Of a stretch of 64,000 bases of DNA, positions 53,323 to 64,000 are shown piece after piece. Source of the stretch: Gloeobacterales cyanobacterium (GTDB taxonomy: Bacteria > Cyanobacteriota > Cyanobacteriia > Gloeobacterales > PMM-0068). The stretch spans positions 87,338-151,337 of the forward strand of contig JBBRSB010000007.1 of NCBI GenBank assembly GCA_038245785.1. The letters run 5' to 3'. Every line of letters starts with the position of its first letter. Positions within the stretch are counted from its first letter, which is position 1. The notes beneath the pieces were generated by a model, which saw only the letters and a list, made by a program, of their open reading frames with translations, searched no databases and was not told where the DNA came from. The translations under genes and the position numbers were made by a program.

Positions 53323-53376
53323 TGAAATGAAGATGAAATGGGATAGATAATCAACAGATAGGAAGTATTTTCAATA
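53323..53376 (-). promoter_or_regulatory. Duplicated promoter block, copy B
   Basis: 43/54 ungapped identity with 52768-52821. Confidence 0.7.
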
Positions 53377-53575
53377 ACCAGGACAAATTGTCTGAAGTTT
53401 TTAATGCAAACCTACGCATCAAATATTCCTGCTGAAGAGCAAAGATAGAGATGTTTGTGAACTTCTTAGCCAGGCTACAGTTTTTGCCCACAGCTTTTAT
53501 TGCTGAACAGATGGCAGAGCAGTGGTCGACAAGACCCTCTTCGCGGCATACTACAGAGAGATACAGACTAAGGCA

Positions 53576-54529
53576 ATGTCATCTCTTAAACGAAGCTATA
53601 CCATCATTGGAACGGGAGCAGTGGGCGGATTCTATGGAGCTTGTCTCCAACGAGCGGGTTTTGAGGTTCACTTTCTGCTGCATCGCGACTATGAGCACGT
53701 ACGTAAACATGGTTTGGTGATCGAATCCAAAGAGGGGGATTTCACCTTACCCAAGGTTCATGCCTATCAGGATGTGCGGGAGATTCCGACGACCGATGTA
53801 ATTGTCATAGCCTTAAAAGCCACTCAGAATCATCTACTGGCCGACCTTCTTCCTGCTCTAGTCAAAGAAAATAGTGTTGTTCTAGTTTTGCAAAATGGCT
53901 TAGGTATAGAAGAAGAAATAGCCCAAATTATTGGCAATATCCCCATCATCGGGGGGCTTTGTTTCCTCTGCTCTAACAAGATTAGGCCTGGTCATATTCA
54001 GCATATAGATTACAAAGCCATCACTTTGGCTGAATATGCTGAGGGATATGAGTCCTGTGGCATCACAGAACGAATGCTTCAGCTCACCGATGATTTAGAA
54101 AAAGCAGACATTCCGATTATTTTGATTGAAGATCTATGGCTCGCCCGCTGGAAAAAACTAGTTTGGAATATTCCCTACAATGGGCTCTCTGTAGTCCTCA
54201 ATGCAACCACTCAAGAGCTGATGGCTGATATCAATGCTCGGAGTTTAGCAGAGCAGTTAATGAGGGAAGTGCTCATCGGTGCTCAAACTTCTAAGCAGAG
54301 TATTCCTGAAGCCTTTATGCAGCAAATGTTAGAGCATACAGAAAAGATGATCCCCTATCGGACCAGCATGAAAATTGACTACGACGAGCATCGGCCTATG
54401 GAAGTAGAAGCTATTTTAGGCAATCCTCTACGGTCGGCGCAGGCTAGAGGTATCGAACTCCCAAAAATTTCTATGCTGTATCAGCAGCTGAAGTTTTTGA
54501 ATGCCCAGAACATTCTAGATAAAGGTTAG
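53576..54529 (+). CDS. panE: Putative 2-dehydropantoate 2-reductase
   Basis: IGTGAVGGFYG, LQNGLG, WKKLVWNIPYN, TSMKID, E.EAI.G. Confidence 0.85.
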   Translation: MSSLKRSYTIIGTGAVGGFYGACLQRAGFEVHFLLHRDYEHVRKHGLVIESKEGDFTLPKVHAYQDVREIPTTDVIVIALKATQNHLLADLLPALVKENSVVLVLQNGLGIEEEIAQIIGNIPIIGGLCFLCSNKIRPGHIQHIDYKAITLAEYAEGYESCGITERMLQLTDDLEKADIPIILIEDLWLARWKKLVWNIPYNGLSVVLNATTQELMADINARSLAEQLMREVLIGAQTSKQSIPEAFMQQMLEHTEKMIPYRTSMKIDYDEHRPMEVEAILGNPLRSAQARGIELPKISMLYQQLKFLNAQNILDKG

Positions 54530-54538
54530 TAAGTCATT

Positions 54539-55312
54539 ATGCTTTCTGTCAAAAATTTAGTCGTCTTAGTCACAGGTTCCAGCAGTGGAATTGGATTAGC
54601 CTGTGCCCGCATCTTTGCTCAGGCAGGAGCGAAGGTCATTTTATCGGCCCGCAGAGCTGAACGTTTGGAGACTTTAGCACAAGAGCTACATCAAGAATTC
54701 AGAACAGACGTGTATAGTCTACCGATGGATGTCACTGATCGTTTACAGGTTGAAGCCCAGCTAAAAAGCCTGCCGGAAGATTGGTCCAAGATAGATATTC
54801 TGATTAACAATGCGGGTCTTAGTAGAGGTCTAGACAAACTCTATGAGGGCAGCATTCAAGATTGGGAAGAGATGATTGATACCAATATCAAAGGCCTGCT
54901 TTATGTCACACGCTCAGTAGTGCCGGGCATGGTTGAACGAGGAAGAGGACATGTAATTAACCTCGGCTCCTTAGCGGGTCATCAAACCTACCCCAGAGGC
55001 AATGTCTATTGTGGAACGAAGGTTGCGGTACGCGCTATTTCTGAAGGGTTAAAACAAGACCTTTTGGGCACGCCGATACGGGTCACTTCCGTAGACCCCG
55101 GCCTGGTGGAAACCGAATTCAGCAAAGTGCGCTTCCGGGGAGATGAGGAAAAAGCCGATAGCGTTTATCAAGGGCTTACCCCTCTTACCCCAGAAGATGT
55201 GGCGGACACTGTCTTCTACTGCGCCACCAGACCAGACCACGTAAATATCAACGAGGTCCTAATGATGCCGACGGACCAATCAGGCTCGACTTTGGTGTAT
55301 CGGCAACCCTAA
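54539..55312 (+). CDS. SDR oxidoreductase (YdfG-like)
   Basis: [25 protein letters not shown]. Confidence 0.9.
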   Translation: MLSVKNLVVLVTGSSSGIGLACARIFAQAGAKVILSARRAERLETLAQELHQEFRTDVYSLPMDVTDRLQVEAQLKSLPEDWSKIDILINNAGLSRGLDKLYEGSIQDWEEMIDTNIKGLLYVTRSVVPGMVERGRGHVINLGSLAGHQTYPRGNVYCGTKVAVRAISEGLKQDLLGTPIRVTSVDPGLVETEFSKVRFRGDEEKADSVYQGLTPLTPEDVADTVFYCATRPDHVNINEVLMMPTDQSGSTLVYRQP

Positions 55313-56349
55313 GCAAGAGCCACTTGTTCTGAAGTAGGCAATTCATTCAACGGCGCACCATCAGGGGCTTCCAAGACGAATCCAGCATCTTGGATCATGT
55401 CCCAATCCGCATGGGCAGACTGTCCAGGCGTGGTTAGATAATCACCCACAAAAATAGAATTGGCAGCATAGAGGCCAAGAGGTTGTAGAGAGCGCAAATG
55501 CACCTCACGTCCTCCGGCAATACGAATCTCTTGAGAAGGTAGCAGGAATCGGTATAAACAGAGAACACGCAAGCATTTACGAGGATTCAGCTCTTGAATT
55601 CCTTCAAACGGTGTGCCTGCAATCGGAATCAAAAAGTTAACTGGCACGCTAGTAACTTCCAATTTCCGTAGCGATAGCGCAAGGTCAATGATGTCATCAT
55701 CACTTTCTCCCATACCGATAATGCCGCCGGAGCAGGTAGTAATTCCCGCTGCTTTTACGTTTTGAACAGTCTGCTGACGGTCATCGAAGGTATGGGTTGT
55801 ACAAATATCACGATGGTACTCTTCAGAAGTATTGAGATTATGATTTACCCGGTCTACGCCTGCTTCCGCGAGACGGTGGGTTTGCTCTTCGTTTAATAAT
55901 CCCAGACAGGCGCATATTTTCAGGTCATGGTTCGATTTGATCGCCCGTACGGTATCCAGGACCTCATTGAAGACCCGTTCTCCTGGCGAACGACCGGAAA
56001 TCACTAGACAAAAGGTTCCCGCTTTTAATTCAGCAGCACGGGCAGCGGCCTCAAGAATTTTTTGCTGAGCCATCAAGGGATACTTATCTATTTCAGCGGT
56101 GGAAATTTTGGATTGAGAGCAGTAGTGGCAATCTTCTGGACACAGCCCACTCTGAGCATTCAAAAGGTAATGCAGCCGTACCCGATTCCCCCAATAGTTT
56201 CGGCGCACCCGATAAGCCGCCGCCAGTTGCTCCAAAAGCACTTCATCAGGAGCCTGCAGAACCGCTCGTGCTTCCTCACGACTGATGATTTCACCGGCTA
56301 GAGCGCAGTCAGCAAGCTGATTCCAAGAGGGAAGAGTGGACATGATCAT
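55309..56349 (-). CDS. bioB: Biotin synthase
   Basis: [11 protein letters not shown] radical-SAM motif, [37 protein letters not shown]. Confidence 0.96.
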   Translation of the reverse strand: MIMSTLPSWNQLADCALAGEIISREEARAVLQAPDEVLLEQLAAAYRVRRNYWGNRVRLHYLLNAQSGLCPEDCHYCSQSKISTAEIDKYPLMAQQKILEAAARAAELKAGTFCLVISGRSPGERVFNEVLDTVRAIKSNHDLKICACLGLLNEEQTHRLAEAGVDRVNHNLNTSEEYHRDICTTHTFDDRQQTVQNVKAAGITTCSGGIIGMGESDDDIIDLALSLRKLEVTSVPVNFLIPIAGTPFEGIQELNPRKCLRVLCLYRFLLPSQEIRIAGGREVHLRSLQPLGLYAANSIFVGDYLTTPGQSAHADWDMIQDAGFVLEAPDGAPLNELPTSEQVALA

Positions 56350-56429
56350 TCCAAGAATACCTTTTGAGCATGTTAATACAGAACGCCTACCGTAGACGGA
56401 GATACTGTTTTTCCAGGATATTAGGCAGG

Positions 56430-57128
56430 CTAACGTTTTACTGAGGCATGGGGGGTACTGACTAGTCGCGACAAAGCGCTTCTAGTAAAGTAGCCAAGCC
56501 AGCCAACAATGCCGAGCAGTTTAAAGCCGTCCTCAAAGAGGATACGGGAGGGTCCAACAATCGCCTCAATGCGGTACTGAAACGCATCGATGAACAAGGA
56601 CAATCCAAAAAATCCAAGCGCGATCAGGAGAACGAGATATTCCGTCTTCAGAATATCTTTCCAGAATACCGCCGTCCCCCAAAGTATCAGGCCAGCGTAA
56701 CCGATGAAGACAATCTTCTCCTGCACCCCCAAATAGCGAGGGAATATATAGTCATGAAGAAGAAAGAAATCGTCAAACAAGAGGAATGTCGTCATCAGGC
56801 CTGAACAAAGCAGGAATGTTGAAAACCTTGTCTCGCCTACGCTCTTTCGTAATATCGCCCAGCTAAATAGGCATATGGTCGCAGCAGCAGCCCACAATAT
56901 GGCTCCAAGGTTTGATATCACACCAGTCAAAGGATGGATGTTCAAAGTATCGGCTGGGTCACGGGTGAACCTCGCTATCTCGACACCCATGTGTGAGCTT
57001 GCTACAACCACGGCGATTAGGAACAACAAAGGCAGGAAATAGAGTGAGAGGAGGAACAGGGCGAGTTGTTTAGCTTGGAACCATAGCTGAGCAAACATAG
57101 GTAGTCTTTCCGGATGCGCCTGACTCAT
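56430..57128 (-). CDS. Multi-pass membrane hypothetical protein
   Basis: About 7 TM segments; [10 protein letters not shown] and EDGFKLLG motifs. Confidence 0.7.
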   Translation of the reverse strand: MSQAHPERLPMFAQLWFQAKQLALFLLSLYFLPLLFLIAVVVASSHMGVEIARFTRDPADTLNIHPLTGVISNLGAILWAAAATICLFSWAILRKSVGETRFSTFLLCSGLMTTFLLFDDFFLLHDYIFPRYLGVQEKIVFIGYAGLILWGTAVFWKDILKTEYLVLLIALGFFGLSLFIDAFQYRIEAIVGPSRILFEDGFKLLGIVGWLGYFTRSALSRLVSTPHASVKR

Positions 57129-57391
57129 TATTGGACTGAATCGAATCTGCTTAGCACACCCATTGCTCGCAAACTTACTTTATGGCGGAGAGTGCGAACC
57201 CAATCAGTGCTGTCGTTCATCTCGGCTCGATCGCTCCACATACCAACGAATGGATCGGTTTGCCAATCTATCTGGGCAGAAGAAGAGGGTGGGGCTTCGG
57301 AGTGGGAGAGCTTGACCCCAAGTAAGTCTTGTTCTTCAGAAGACAGAGACTCAATTACCTGGACGAGAAATTCTACAAGTTTGACGTTCAT
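57128..57391 (-). CDS. Small antitoxin-like protein (orphan)
   Basis: SLSSEEQ...DPFVGMWSDRAEMNDSTDWVRTLR resembles cyanobacterial antitoxins that usually precede PIN toxins. Confidence 0.5.
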   Translation of the reverse strand: MNVKLVEFLVQVIESLSSEEQDLLGVKLSHSEAPPSSSAQIDWQTDPFVGMWSDRAEMNDSTDWVRTLRHKVSLRAMGVLSRFDSVQ

Positions 57392-57420
57392 GTCTGCAAT
57401 CCTAGCTATTGAGGTTATTT

Positions 57421-58035
57421 CTACCAAATCCGACTCAAATCCAAAACGAATCCAGCTAGCAAAGGACCACCGATTAACGTGGAGGGATTATCCAATTCTT
57501 CTACGGGAGTAGAGGGACAATAGACATAGACCTTTCGTTGTGCGCGGTCAATTAACCAACCAAGGGACGCGCCGTTATCAATATATTCCTGCATCTTTTC
57601 TTTCAACATCTTTAAGCTCTCTGTTTCTTAACGTAGTTCAATCACAAAGTCAGGGCAGATTGGAGCAAATTTCTTTCGTTGCTCTAGAGGTATGGCCTCC
57701 CAGCGAGAACGCTCAATCCAGGCGGCATCTGGAGATTTAACGGCCCCATTCGGCAACGTGAATCCACCACTAGAACCAAACCCAATCCCCGTATCGTCTT
57801 TCTGAACCCAGTTGCCTAACTGCACGATCAAGTTAAAATTGCGTTCATCCGTTTCTGCTCCTGTAGGCGGCATAATCACCAAATCTCCATGGGCCGTTCG
57901 CTCAATTCTCCAATCTCGATTGATCTGACAGAACTCAAAAAATTGGTCATCGGTCATTTCAACCACAGGACGCAACTGCACCAGCATCGGGATGATTTCA
58001 GTAGGATTGAGGATTTCTGTTGTCATTTTTGTCAC
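57421..58035 (-). pseudogene. Uma2-family endonuclease interrupted by an in-frame stop
   Basis: SPDAAW, PICPDFVIELR-TAA(57628-57630)-ETESLKMLKEKMQEY continues in frame. Confidence 0.85.
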
Positions 58036-58078
58036 GGACCCTATGGTTCCATCATTACCTGAAATCTCTGGCGAAGCA

Positions 58079-58785
58079 CTAGGGATGCTGTCCCAAGTCT
58101 CGCAGACGCTGAATTAATTGCTCTTTTTCTTTTCGTTCTTGCTCCAAAAGGGATTCTGCTTTGTCCGCGCGTTGGCGTTCTTGTTGCGCTTATTGCTCAG
58201 ACCGCTGTGCCCGCTGCGCAATTTTCACATAGGAAACAAAGCGCTCACTATCTGGCCGCTCAATCTGCAATTCTTCCCCAGAGATATCGAAGCGAATTCC
58301 CAGTCTGGGGCTAGTCCAATCAGCAACGGGATCGATTACTTCCAAGCCCTCTTCAGAGCGCACTAAGCCTGTTAATTCATTACGCTCAGGATCGTAGATG
58401 TAATACTCTTCAACGCCATAGCGGTCATAGAACTTCAGTTTCCCCACATTTCCTGCAGCCGATTTCCAGGGAAGAGGATTTCAAAGACAACCTGGGGAGC
58501 AATATTCGCTTCCTGCCATTGCTGATAGGAACCTCGGTCGCCCTTTGATCTGCCAAATATAATGAGTACGTCAGGAGCGATTCTGATTTTGGGTTCTCCC
58601 TCTACCGGATACCAAAGCAGATCACCAGCAACAAAAACCTCAGAATTTTCGGCAAACAACCATTCCAGATTTTCCTTAATCGTCACAATCCAGCGAAATT
58701 GTTTGGTGTTGTCTGCCATCATCTGCCCATCACTCTCTGAATAAAAAGGAGTTGATGAAACAGAAGATTTTAATTCCGTGACCAT
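58079..58785 (-). pseudogene. Uma2-family endonuclease with coiled-coil tail; frameshifted and nonsense-interrupted
   Basis: MADNTKQFRWI, APDV, PQVVFEIL then frameshift near 58445 to FYDRYGVEEYY; stop at 58190; remnant tail AQQERQRAD...LRDLGQHP. Confidence 0.85.
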
Positions 58786-58968
58786 ACGTGACCTCTACTA
58801 GGTCTGAATTCGACCAGTGTAGCGTTGCTGAATATATTTCTGGCTGCGTTGTTAAGCACACAGCGTTTACTAGCTTACTTTATGGACAATTGTACACTTA
58901 TTTATAGCCAGCTATCGATCAGGATATCTGTATCAACATCTGAACCATTGTGAATAACCTTGCAAATT

Positions 58969-59577
58969 TTAGGCCGCCAAAATCTGCTCAACTGTCAAAT
59001 TCAGCTCTGGAAAAGTTGGAGACACAATCTGGTCTGCTCCCTGAAAGCGCGTGTGCTGATATAGCCCCTCCACATTTAGGACATAGACCAACACCGATGG
59101 TTCTTTAGGATTACCCAAATATTCACGACTGCCGATTGCCAGATAATCCACAATCCAATACTCAGTTATGCCCAAGCGTTGATATTCATCTAGCTTATCG
59201 ATATAGTCATCTTCCCAATTTGTCGAAACCACTTCAACCGCTACCTGAGTGGGGTCAAGCAGCGCAGAATAAGCAGTTGGATGAGCATCCCAAACCGTTC
59301 GATCCACAACGCTTACATCAGGGTTGCGCCCTTGCTGGCGGCCACTTTCATTGAACGTAGCAACTGTGACTCTGCCAGACACCCAGTAGTTCAGATTGCA
59401 CCGTTTAGATTCATCCTTAAAAGCATCAGAAAGAAATTCTGCAACCGTATCGTGTTTTCGAGTGGCTAATACCCTCACAATCTCTCCGTTAACAAATTCA
59501 TACCGTCCCTCTGATGGACACTGTTCCAGAAATTGCTCAAACGTTAGTTTTTGCTCAGGTTGAGTTGCGATCGTCAT
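58969..59577 (-). CDS. Uma2-family endonuclease
   Basis: LTFEQFL, RNPDVSV, VEVVSTNWEDDYIDKLDEY..LGITEYWIVD. Confidence 0.9.
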   Translation of the reverse strand: MTIATQPEQKLTFEQFLEQCPSEGRYEFVNGEIVRVLATRKHDTVAEFLSDAFKDESKRCNLNYWVSGRVTVATFNESGRQQGRNPDVSVVDRTVWDAHPTAYSALLDPTQVAVEVVSTNWEDDYIDKLDEYQRLGITEYWIVDYLAIGSREYLGNPKEPSVLVYVLNVEGLYQHTRFQGADQIVSPTFPELNLTVEQILAA

Positions 59578-59754
59578 AGTTCACCTCGACCAACAAAATC
59601 GGATGGAGCATACGGGTGTATCCCTATCCTACCCTCTTCTACACGGGCTCTCCAGCACTTTTTAGATGACTCAAACACCAGGCGTCCCGATGGAGGACGC
59701 AGAATAATCCGCTCTGGTATGGCACGATTAGCCTAAGAGCTATTTTTATGTGTC

Positions 59755-62550
59755 ATGACTCAAGCCACCCTTCCCCCGCAATACAACCCTTTTGAGACCG
59801 AGTCCCTGTGGCAAAAACACTGGGAAGAGAAAGACTTTTACACCGTCGATGTGAATGGGCCAGGGGAACCATACTGCATCATGATTCCGCCGCCAAATGT
59901 AACGGGCAGCCTACACATCGGTCATGCCCTGACCAAGACGCTCCAGGATGTATTGATCCGCTATCACCGGATGCGAGGTTACAAAGCGCTTTGGCTACCA
60001 GGGACCGACCATGCTGGTATTGCGACCCAAACCGTTGTGGAACGGGAATTAGGCCGTGAAACACTGGGCTATACCAAAGAATATGGGGAACTCGCTGAAC
60101 AACAAAAGAAGAAAGCTTCTCTAGCGGGTGCCGAACGACGCAAAGCGATGAGCCGGGAAGAATTTTTTGCTCGGGTTTGGCAATGGAAAGAAAAGTATGG
60201 CGGTGAAATTGTTAATCAACTGAAGCGCTTAGGTTGCTCCTGCGACTGGTCCCGTGAGCGCTTCACGATGGATGAAGGCCTTTCCAAGGCCGTTTTGGAA
60301 GCCTTTGTGCGCATGTATGAAAAGGGCCTGATTTACCGTGGGGAATACATGGTCAACTGGTGCCCTGCTTCTATTTCAGCTGTATCTGACTTGGAAGTAG
60401 AGAGTAGGGACGTCGATGGAAGCCTCTGGTATTTCCGCTATCCCTTGCAAGGTGAGCCCGACCGTTACCTAGTCGTCGCCACCACTAGACCAGAAACGAT
60501 GCTCGGAGATACGGCTGTAGCCGTTAATCCTAAGGATGAACGATACAAAGATTTAATCGGTAAGACTATTCTGCTCCCGATTCAGAACCGAACGATCCCG
60601 ATCATTGGCGATGAGATTCTCGTTGATCCCGAAGTGGGAACTGGATGTGTGAAAGTTACGCCAGCTCATGATCCCAATGATTTTGCAACGGGCAAGCGAC
60701 ACAATTTGCCCTTTATCAATATTCTCAACATTGAGGGGACGATTAATGAAAATGGGGGCCCTTTTGCTGGACAGGATCGCTTTGAAGCCCGTAAGAATGT
60801 GGTGGCCTGGTTCGAAGAACATGGGCTACTAGAAAAAGTTGAGCCCTACAGACACTCGGTGCCTTTCTCCCAGCGTGGTGGAGTTCCGATTGAACCGCTG
60901 CTTTCGACGCAATGGTTTGCCAAAATGCAACCTCTGGCACAAAGTGCCTTAGCCGCTTTAGAGAATCAAGATCAACCCCACTTTGTACCAGAACGCTGGA
61001 CAAAAGTGTATCGGGACTGGTTAGAGAATATCCAAGATTGGTGTATTTCCCGTCAGTTATGGTGGGGCCATCAAATACCCGCCTGGTATCTGGTAAAAGA
61101 CGGGATCACGCAACGGGGAAAAGATGATCCCCTGATTGTCGCGCGTACGGAAGAGGAAGCTTATGAAAAGGCTCGTGAACAGTTTGGTCAGGACGTTCAA
61201 CTCGCACGCGATGAAGATGTTTTAGACACTTGGTTCTCTTCAGGCTTGTGGCCTTTCTCTACGTTGGGTTGGCCGGAAGAAACGCCTGATTTCAAAACTT
61301 TCTATCCCACTTCAGTACTGGTTACTGGATTCGATATCATCTTCTTCTGGGTAGCCCGAATGACGATGATGGCCCATGAATTCACGGGGGAAATCCCCTT
61401 TAGAGATGTATATATCAATGGCCTGGTTTTAGATGAAAAGGGCCAAAAGATGTCTAAAAGCAAAGGCAATGGCATCGATCCCCTGGAACTGATGAGTCGC
61501 TACGGAACGGATGCACTGCGTTTTACGCTGGTTTCTCAAGTGGCTGGCGCAGGTCAAGATATCCGCATGGACTATAAGCGTTCTACTGGGGAATCTCCCT
61601 CCGTAGAAGCATCCCGCAACTTTGCCAACAAAGTCTGGAATGCCTCTCGCTTCGTACTGACAAATTTAGAAGGTCAAACTCCTGCTGAATTGGGACTCCC
61701 TGATCCCCAGAACTTAGAGTTAGCCGATCGCTGGATCTTAAACCGCTATGCTGAGCTGGTTCAAGAGATCAATCAGGTGTTTCCGAAGTATGAATTGGGC
61801 TCCGCTGCAAAACTTATCTATGCCTTTCTCTGGGATGACTACTGCGACTGGTATATCGAGTTAGTTAAGCCTCGTCTTAGAGGAGATGATCCTATAGCCA
61901 AGAAGACGGCTCAACAAGTCTTGGCCTATGTCTTAGAAGGCACTTTGAAGCTTCTCCATCCCTGGATGCCCCATTTAACAGAGGGAATCTGGCAAGTACT
62001 GACGAATAACAATCAAGAATCATCTATCTCTGTGCAGCCTTATCCTACAGAGGTGCGCTTCTTGGATAGTGAAATCGAAAAACAGTTTGGTCTGATCCAA
62101 GGAGTGATTCGCTGTATTCGTGGACTGAGAAATGATGCTTCGATTGAGCCTGTAACGAAAGTGGATGTGATTCTCCTCAGTGAAAATCCTCAGAAACAGC
62201 TCCTCGAAGGAGTGCAGGATTACATTCGCAATCTGGCTAGAGTAGAGACTCTTACCATTACAGAAGCCTTAGAACAGCCTGTGACACAGGCATTCCCTGG
62301 CATGGTCGAGACAGTTCAAGTGCTACTCCCGCTCACAGGAGTAGTAGACATCAATGCGCTCAAGGAAAGCATCCAGAAGCAATTGGAGAAGCTGAGGAAA
62401 GAAGAGCAAGGACTCAAGGGTCGTTTAGACAACAAGAGCTATGTAGAACGGGCTCCAAAAGAAATCGTTCAAAAAAGCCAAGAAGAACTAGCAGAACTCA
62501 AGGTCCAGATAGAGACTTTGGAGAGTCGTTTAGAGAACTTGTCTGCGTAG
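59755..62550 (+). CDS. valS: Valine--tRNA ligase
   Basis: [41 protein letters not shown]-terminal coiled coil. Confidence 0.98.
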   Translation: MTQATLPPQYNPFETESLWQKHWEEKDFYTVDVNGPGEPYCIMIPPPNVTGSLHIGHALTKTLQDVLIRYHRMRGYKALWLPGTDHAGIATQTVVERELGRETLGYTKEYGELAEQQKKKASLAGAERRKAMSREEFFARVWQWKEKYGGEIVNQLKRLGCSCDWSRERFTMDEGLSKAVLEAFVRMYEKGLIYRGEYMVNWCPASISAVSDLEVESRDVDGSLWYFRYPLQGEPDRYLVVATTRPETMLGDTAVAVNPKDERYKDLIGKTILLPIQNRTIPIIGDEILVDPEVGTGCVKVTPAHDPNDFATGKRHNLPFINILNIEGTINENGGPFAGQDRFEARKNVVAWFEEHGLLEKVEPYRHSVPFSQRGGVPIEPLLSTQWFAKMQPLAQSALAALENQDQPHFVPERWTKVYRDWLENIQDWCISRQLWWGHQIPAWYLVKDGITQRGKDDPLIVARTEEEAYEKAREQFGQDVQLARDEDVLDTWFSSGLWPFSTLGWPEETPDFKTFYPTSVLVTGFDIIFFWVARMTMMAHEFTGEIPFRDVYINGLVLDEKGQKMSKSKGNGIDPLELMSRYGTDALRFTLVSQVAGAGQDIRMDYKRSTGESPSVEASRNFANKVWNASRFVLTNLEGQTPAELGLPDPQNLELADRWILNRYAELVQEINQVFPKYELGSAAKLIYAFLWDDYCDWYIELVKPRLRGDDPIAKKTAQQVLAYVLEGTLKLLHPWMPHLTEGIWQVLTNNNQESSISVQPYPTEVRFLDSEIEKQFGLIQGVIRCIRGLRNDASIEPVTKVDVILLSENPQKQLLEGVQDYIRNLARVETLTITEALEQPVTQAFPGMVETVQVLLPLTGVVDINALKESIQKQLEKLRKEEQGLKGRLDNKSYVERAPKEIVQKSQEELAELKVQIETLESRLENLSA

Positions 62551-62574
62551 TAATTTCGTTTGAGGCTGCATATA

Positions 62575-62606
62575 GAAAAGAGGGACCAACAGGCCCCTCT
62601 TTTTTC
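62575..62606. terminator. Hairpin terminator between convergent valS and psbA
   Basis: GAAAAGAGGGACC-AACA-GGCCCCTCTTTTTT; homologous hairpin at about 63789-63820. Confidence 0.65.
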
Positions 62607-62627
62607 AAGCTCTTAATCAATCAGTGA

Positions 62628-63689
62628 TTAACCAGCAATCTCGGTAGCTTGACCAGAAGCCAAGTCCAGAGGGAAGTTATGCGCATTGCGCTCGTGCATC
62701 ACTTCCATTCCCAAGTTTGCCCGGTTCACAACGTCCGCCCAGGTGTAAATTACCCTACCTGCTGGGTCCACAATGCTGCCATTGAAGTTGAAACCATTCA
62801 GGTTGAACGCCATGATGCTAATGCCCAAAGAGGTACACCAGATTCCAACCACGGGCCACGCTGCCAACACAAAGTGCAAGGAACGGCTGTTGTTGAACGA
62901 CGCATATTGGAAGATTAAACGACCGAAGTAGCCGTGGGCTGCCACGATGTTGTAGGTCTCTTCTTCTTGGCCAAACTTGTAGCCGTTAGTTTGAGACTCT
63001 TCATAGGTCGTCTCTCTGATCAAAGAAGAGGTGACTAGGGAGCCGTGCATCGCACTAAATAACGCTCCGCCAAACACACCCGCAACGCCCAACATGTGGA
63101 AAGGATGATTGAGGATGTTGTGCTCTGCCTGGAAGACCAACATGAAGTTGAAGGTTCCAGAAATACCCAAGGGCATGCCGTCAGAGAAAGAACCTTGACC
63201 AATGGGATAGATAAAGAAGACTGCCGTTGCTGCAGCTACAGGAGCAGAGTAAGCAATGCAGATCCAAGGACGCAGGCCCAGACGGTAAGAAAGTTCCCAC
63301 TCACGGCCGAGGTAGCAGAATACGCCGAGGAGGAAGTGGAAAACGATCAGCTGGTAAGGGCCACCGTTATAGAGCCACTCATCCATGCTGGAAGCTTCCC
63401 AAAGGGGATAGAAGTGCAAACCAATCGCGTTGGAAGAGGGAATGACATTCCCAGAAATGAGGTTGTTGCCGTAAAGCAAACTTCCAGAAATCGGCTCACG
63501 AATCCCATCCATATCAACAGGGGGAGCAGCAATGAAAGCAATGATGAAGCAAGTGGTCGCGGTGAGCAGGGTAGGGAACATCAGAACGCCGAACCAACCG
63601 ACATAGAGACGGTTTTCGGTGGAGGTGATCCAGTCAGCGAACTGGCCCCAAAGCCCTTGCCTCGGGCGACGATCTAACACAGTCGTCAT
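62628..63689 (-). CDS. psbA: Photosystem II D1 protein (353 aa)
   Basis: Y161, D170, E189, H190, H198, H215, H272, H332, E333, D342, A344 all present; GAGG RBS. Confidence 0.99.
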   Translation of the reverse strand: MTTVLDRRPRQGLWGQFADWITSTENRLYVGWFGVLMFPTLLTATTCFIIAFIAAPPVDMDGIREPISGSLLYGNNLISGNVIPSSNAIGLHFYPLWEASSMDEWLYNGGPYQLIVFHFLLGVFCYLGREWELSYRLGLRPWICIAYSAPVAAATAVFFIYPIGQGSFSDGMPLGISGTFNFMLVFQAEHNILNHPFHMLGVAGVFGGALFSAMHGSLVTSSLIRETTYEESQTNGYKFGQEEETYNIVAAHGYFGRLIFQYASFNNSRSLHFVLAAWPVVGIWCTSLGISIMAFNLNGFNFNGSIVDPAGRVIYTWADVVNRANLGMEVMHERNAHNFPLDLASGQATEIAG

Positions 63690-63788
63690 GCGAGTACCTC
63701 AGACTAAAGGTTAAAGGTAGACACCCTAGTGATAGCCAAAAATTTTTGTCTTGGGTATAAAATTTTGCTATTTGTAATTGTTCTAAAC

Positions 63789-63820
63789 AAAAGAGAGGGA
63801 CCCGAAGGCCCCTCTCTTTT
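63789..63820 (-). terminator. Terminator of the upstream psbA copy
   Basis: AAAAGAGAGGGACC-CGAA-GGCCCCTCTCTTTT. Confidence 0.7.
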
Positions 63821-63842
63821 CAATCTCTTAGTCAATCAGTGA

Positions 63843-64000
63843 TTATCCAGCAATCTCGCTAGCTTGGCCAGAAGCCAAGTCCAGAGGGAAGTTGTGAGCG
63901 TTGCGCTCGTGCATTACTTCCATTCCCAAGTTCGCCCGGTTCACTATGTCCGCCCAGGTGTAAATTACACGACCCTGAGGATCCACAATGCTGCCATTGA
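63843..64000 (-). CDS. psbA: Second tandem psbA copy (3' end only; runs off window, not in ORF track)
   Basis: Minus strand translates [51 protein letters not shown]. Confidence 0.97.
   Translation of the reverse strand, partial: NGSIVDPQGRVIYTWADIVNRANLGMEVMHERNAHNFPLDLASGQASEIAG

Noticed and set aside
63096..63677. 193-aa plus-strand ORF
   Set aside because: Antisense shadow of psbA with no recognisable motif
1..64000. CRISPR arrays, tRNA/rRNA genes, transposases, integrases, prophage genes
   Set aside because: No regularly spaced repeats, cloverleaf signatures or matching ORFs were recognised by eye

Overview
64-kb chromosomal window from a cyanobacterium. The D1/PsbA sequence has Gloeobacter-like residues and HIP1 octamers appear scarce, which suggests an early-branching Gloeobacterales-type lineage (inference). 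Housekeeping genes (recQ, era, PBP1A, argG, accD, bioD, serA, glgC, ugd, UDP-GlcA decarboxylase, prfC, bioB, valS, two tandem psbA copies) alternate with accessory blocks. The best candidate for an undescribed system is an AT-rich, translationally coupled two-gene cassette directly behind argG, encoding a Cap4/DUF4297-like PD-(D/E)xK nuclease and a degenerate uracil-phosphoribosyltransferase-fold protein (putative anti-phage system). Other accessory blocks are: two HigB/HigA-ImmA(IrrE) toxin-antitoxin loci, one with a 5'-truncated toxin; a 10-gene sugar-nucleotide/glycosyltransferase cluster whose order resembles the Anabaena heterocyst envelope polysaccharide (HEP) island, with a perfect NtcA-type palindrome upstream; an ApbE + ferric-reductase-like + small secreted protein + CDF module under a duplicated 54-bp promoter block; a four-hairpin leader before a multicopper oxidase; a decaying Uma2 array; and REP-like palindromic repeats. 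No CRISPR array, rRNA, tRNA or transposase was recognised. All calls come from motif recognition by eye, and no database search was run.
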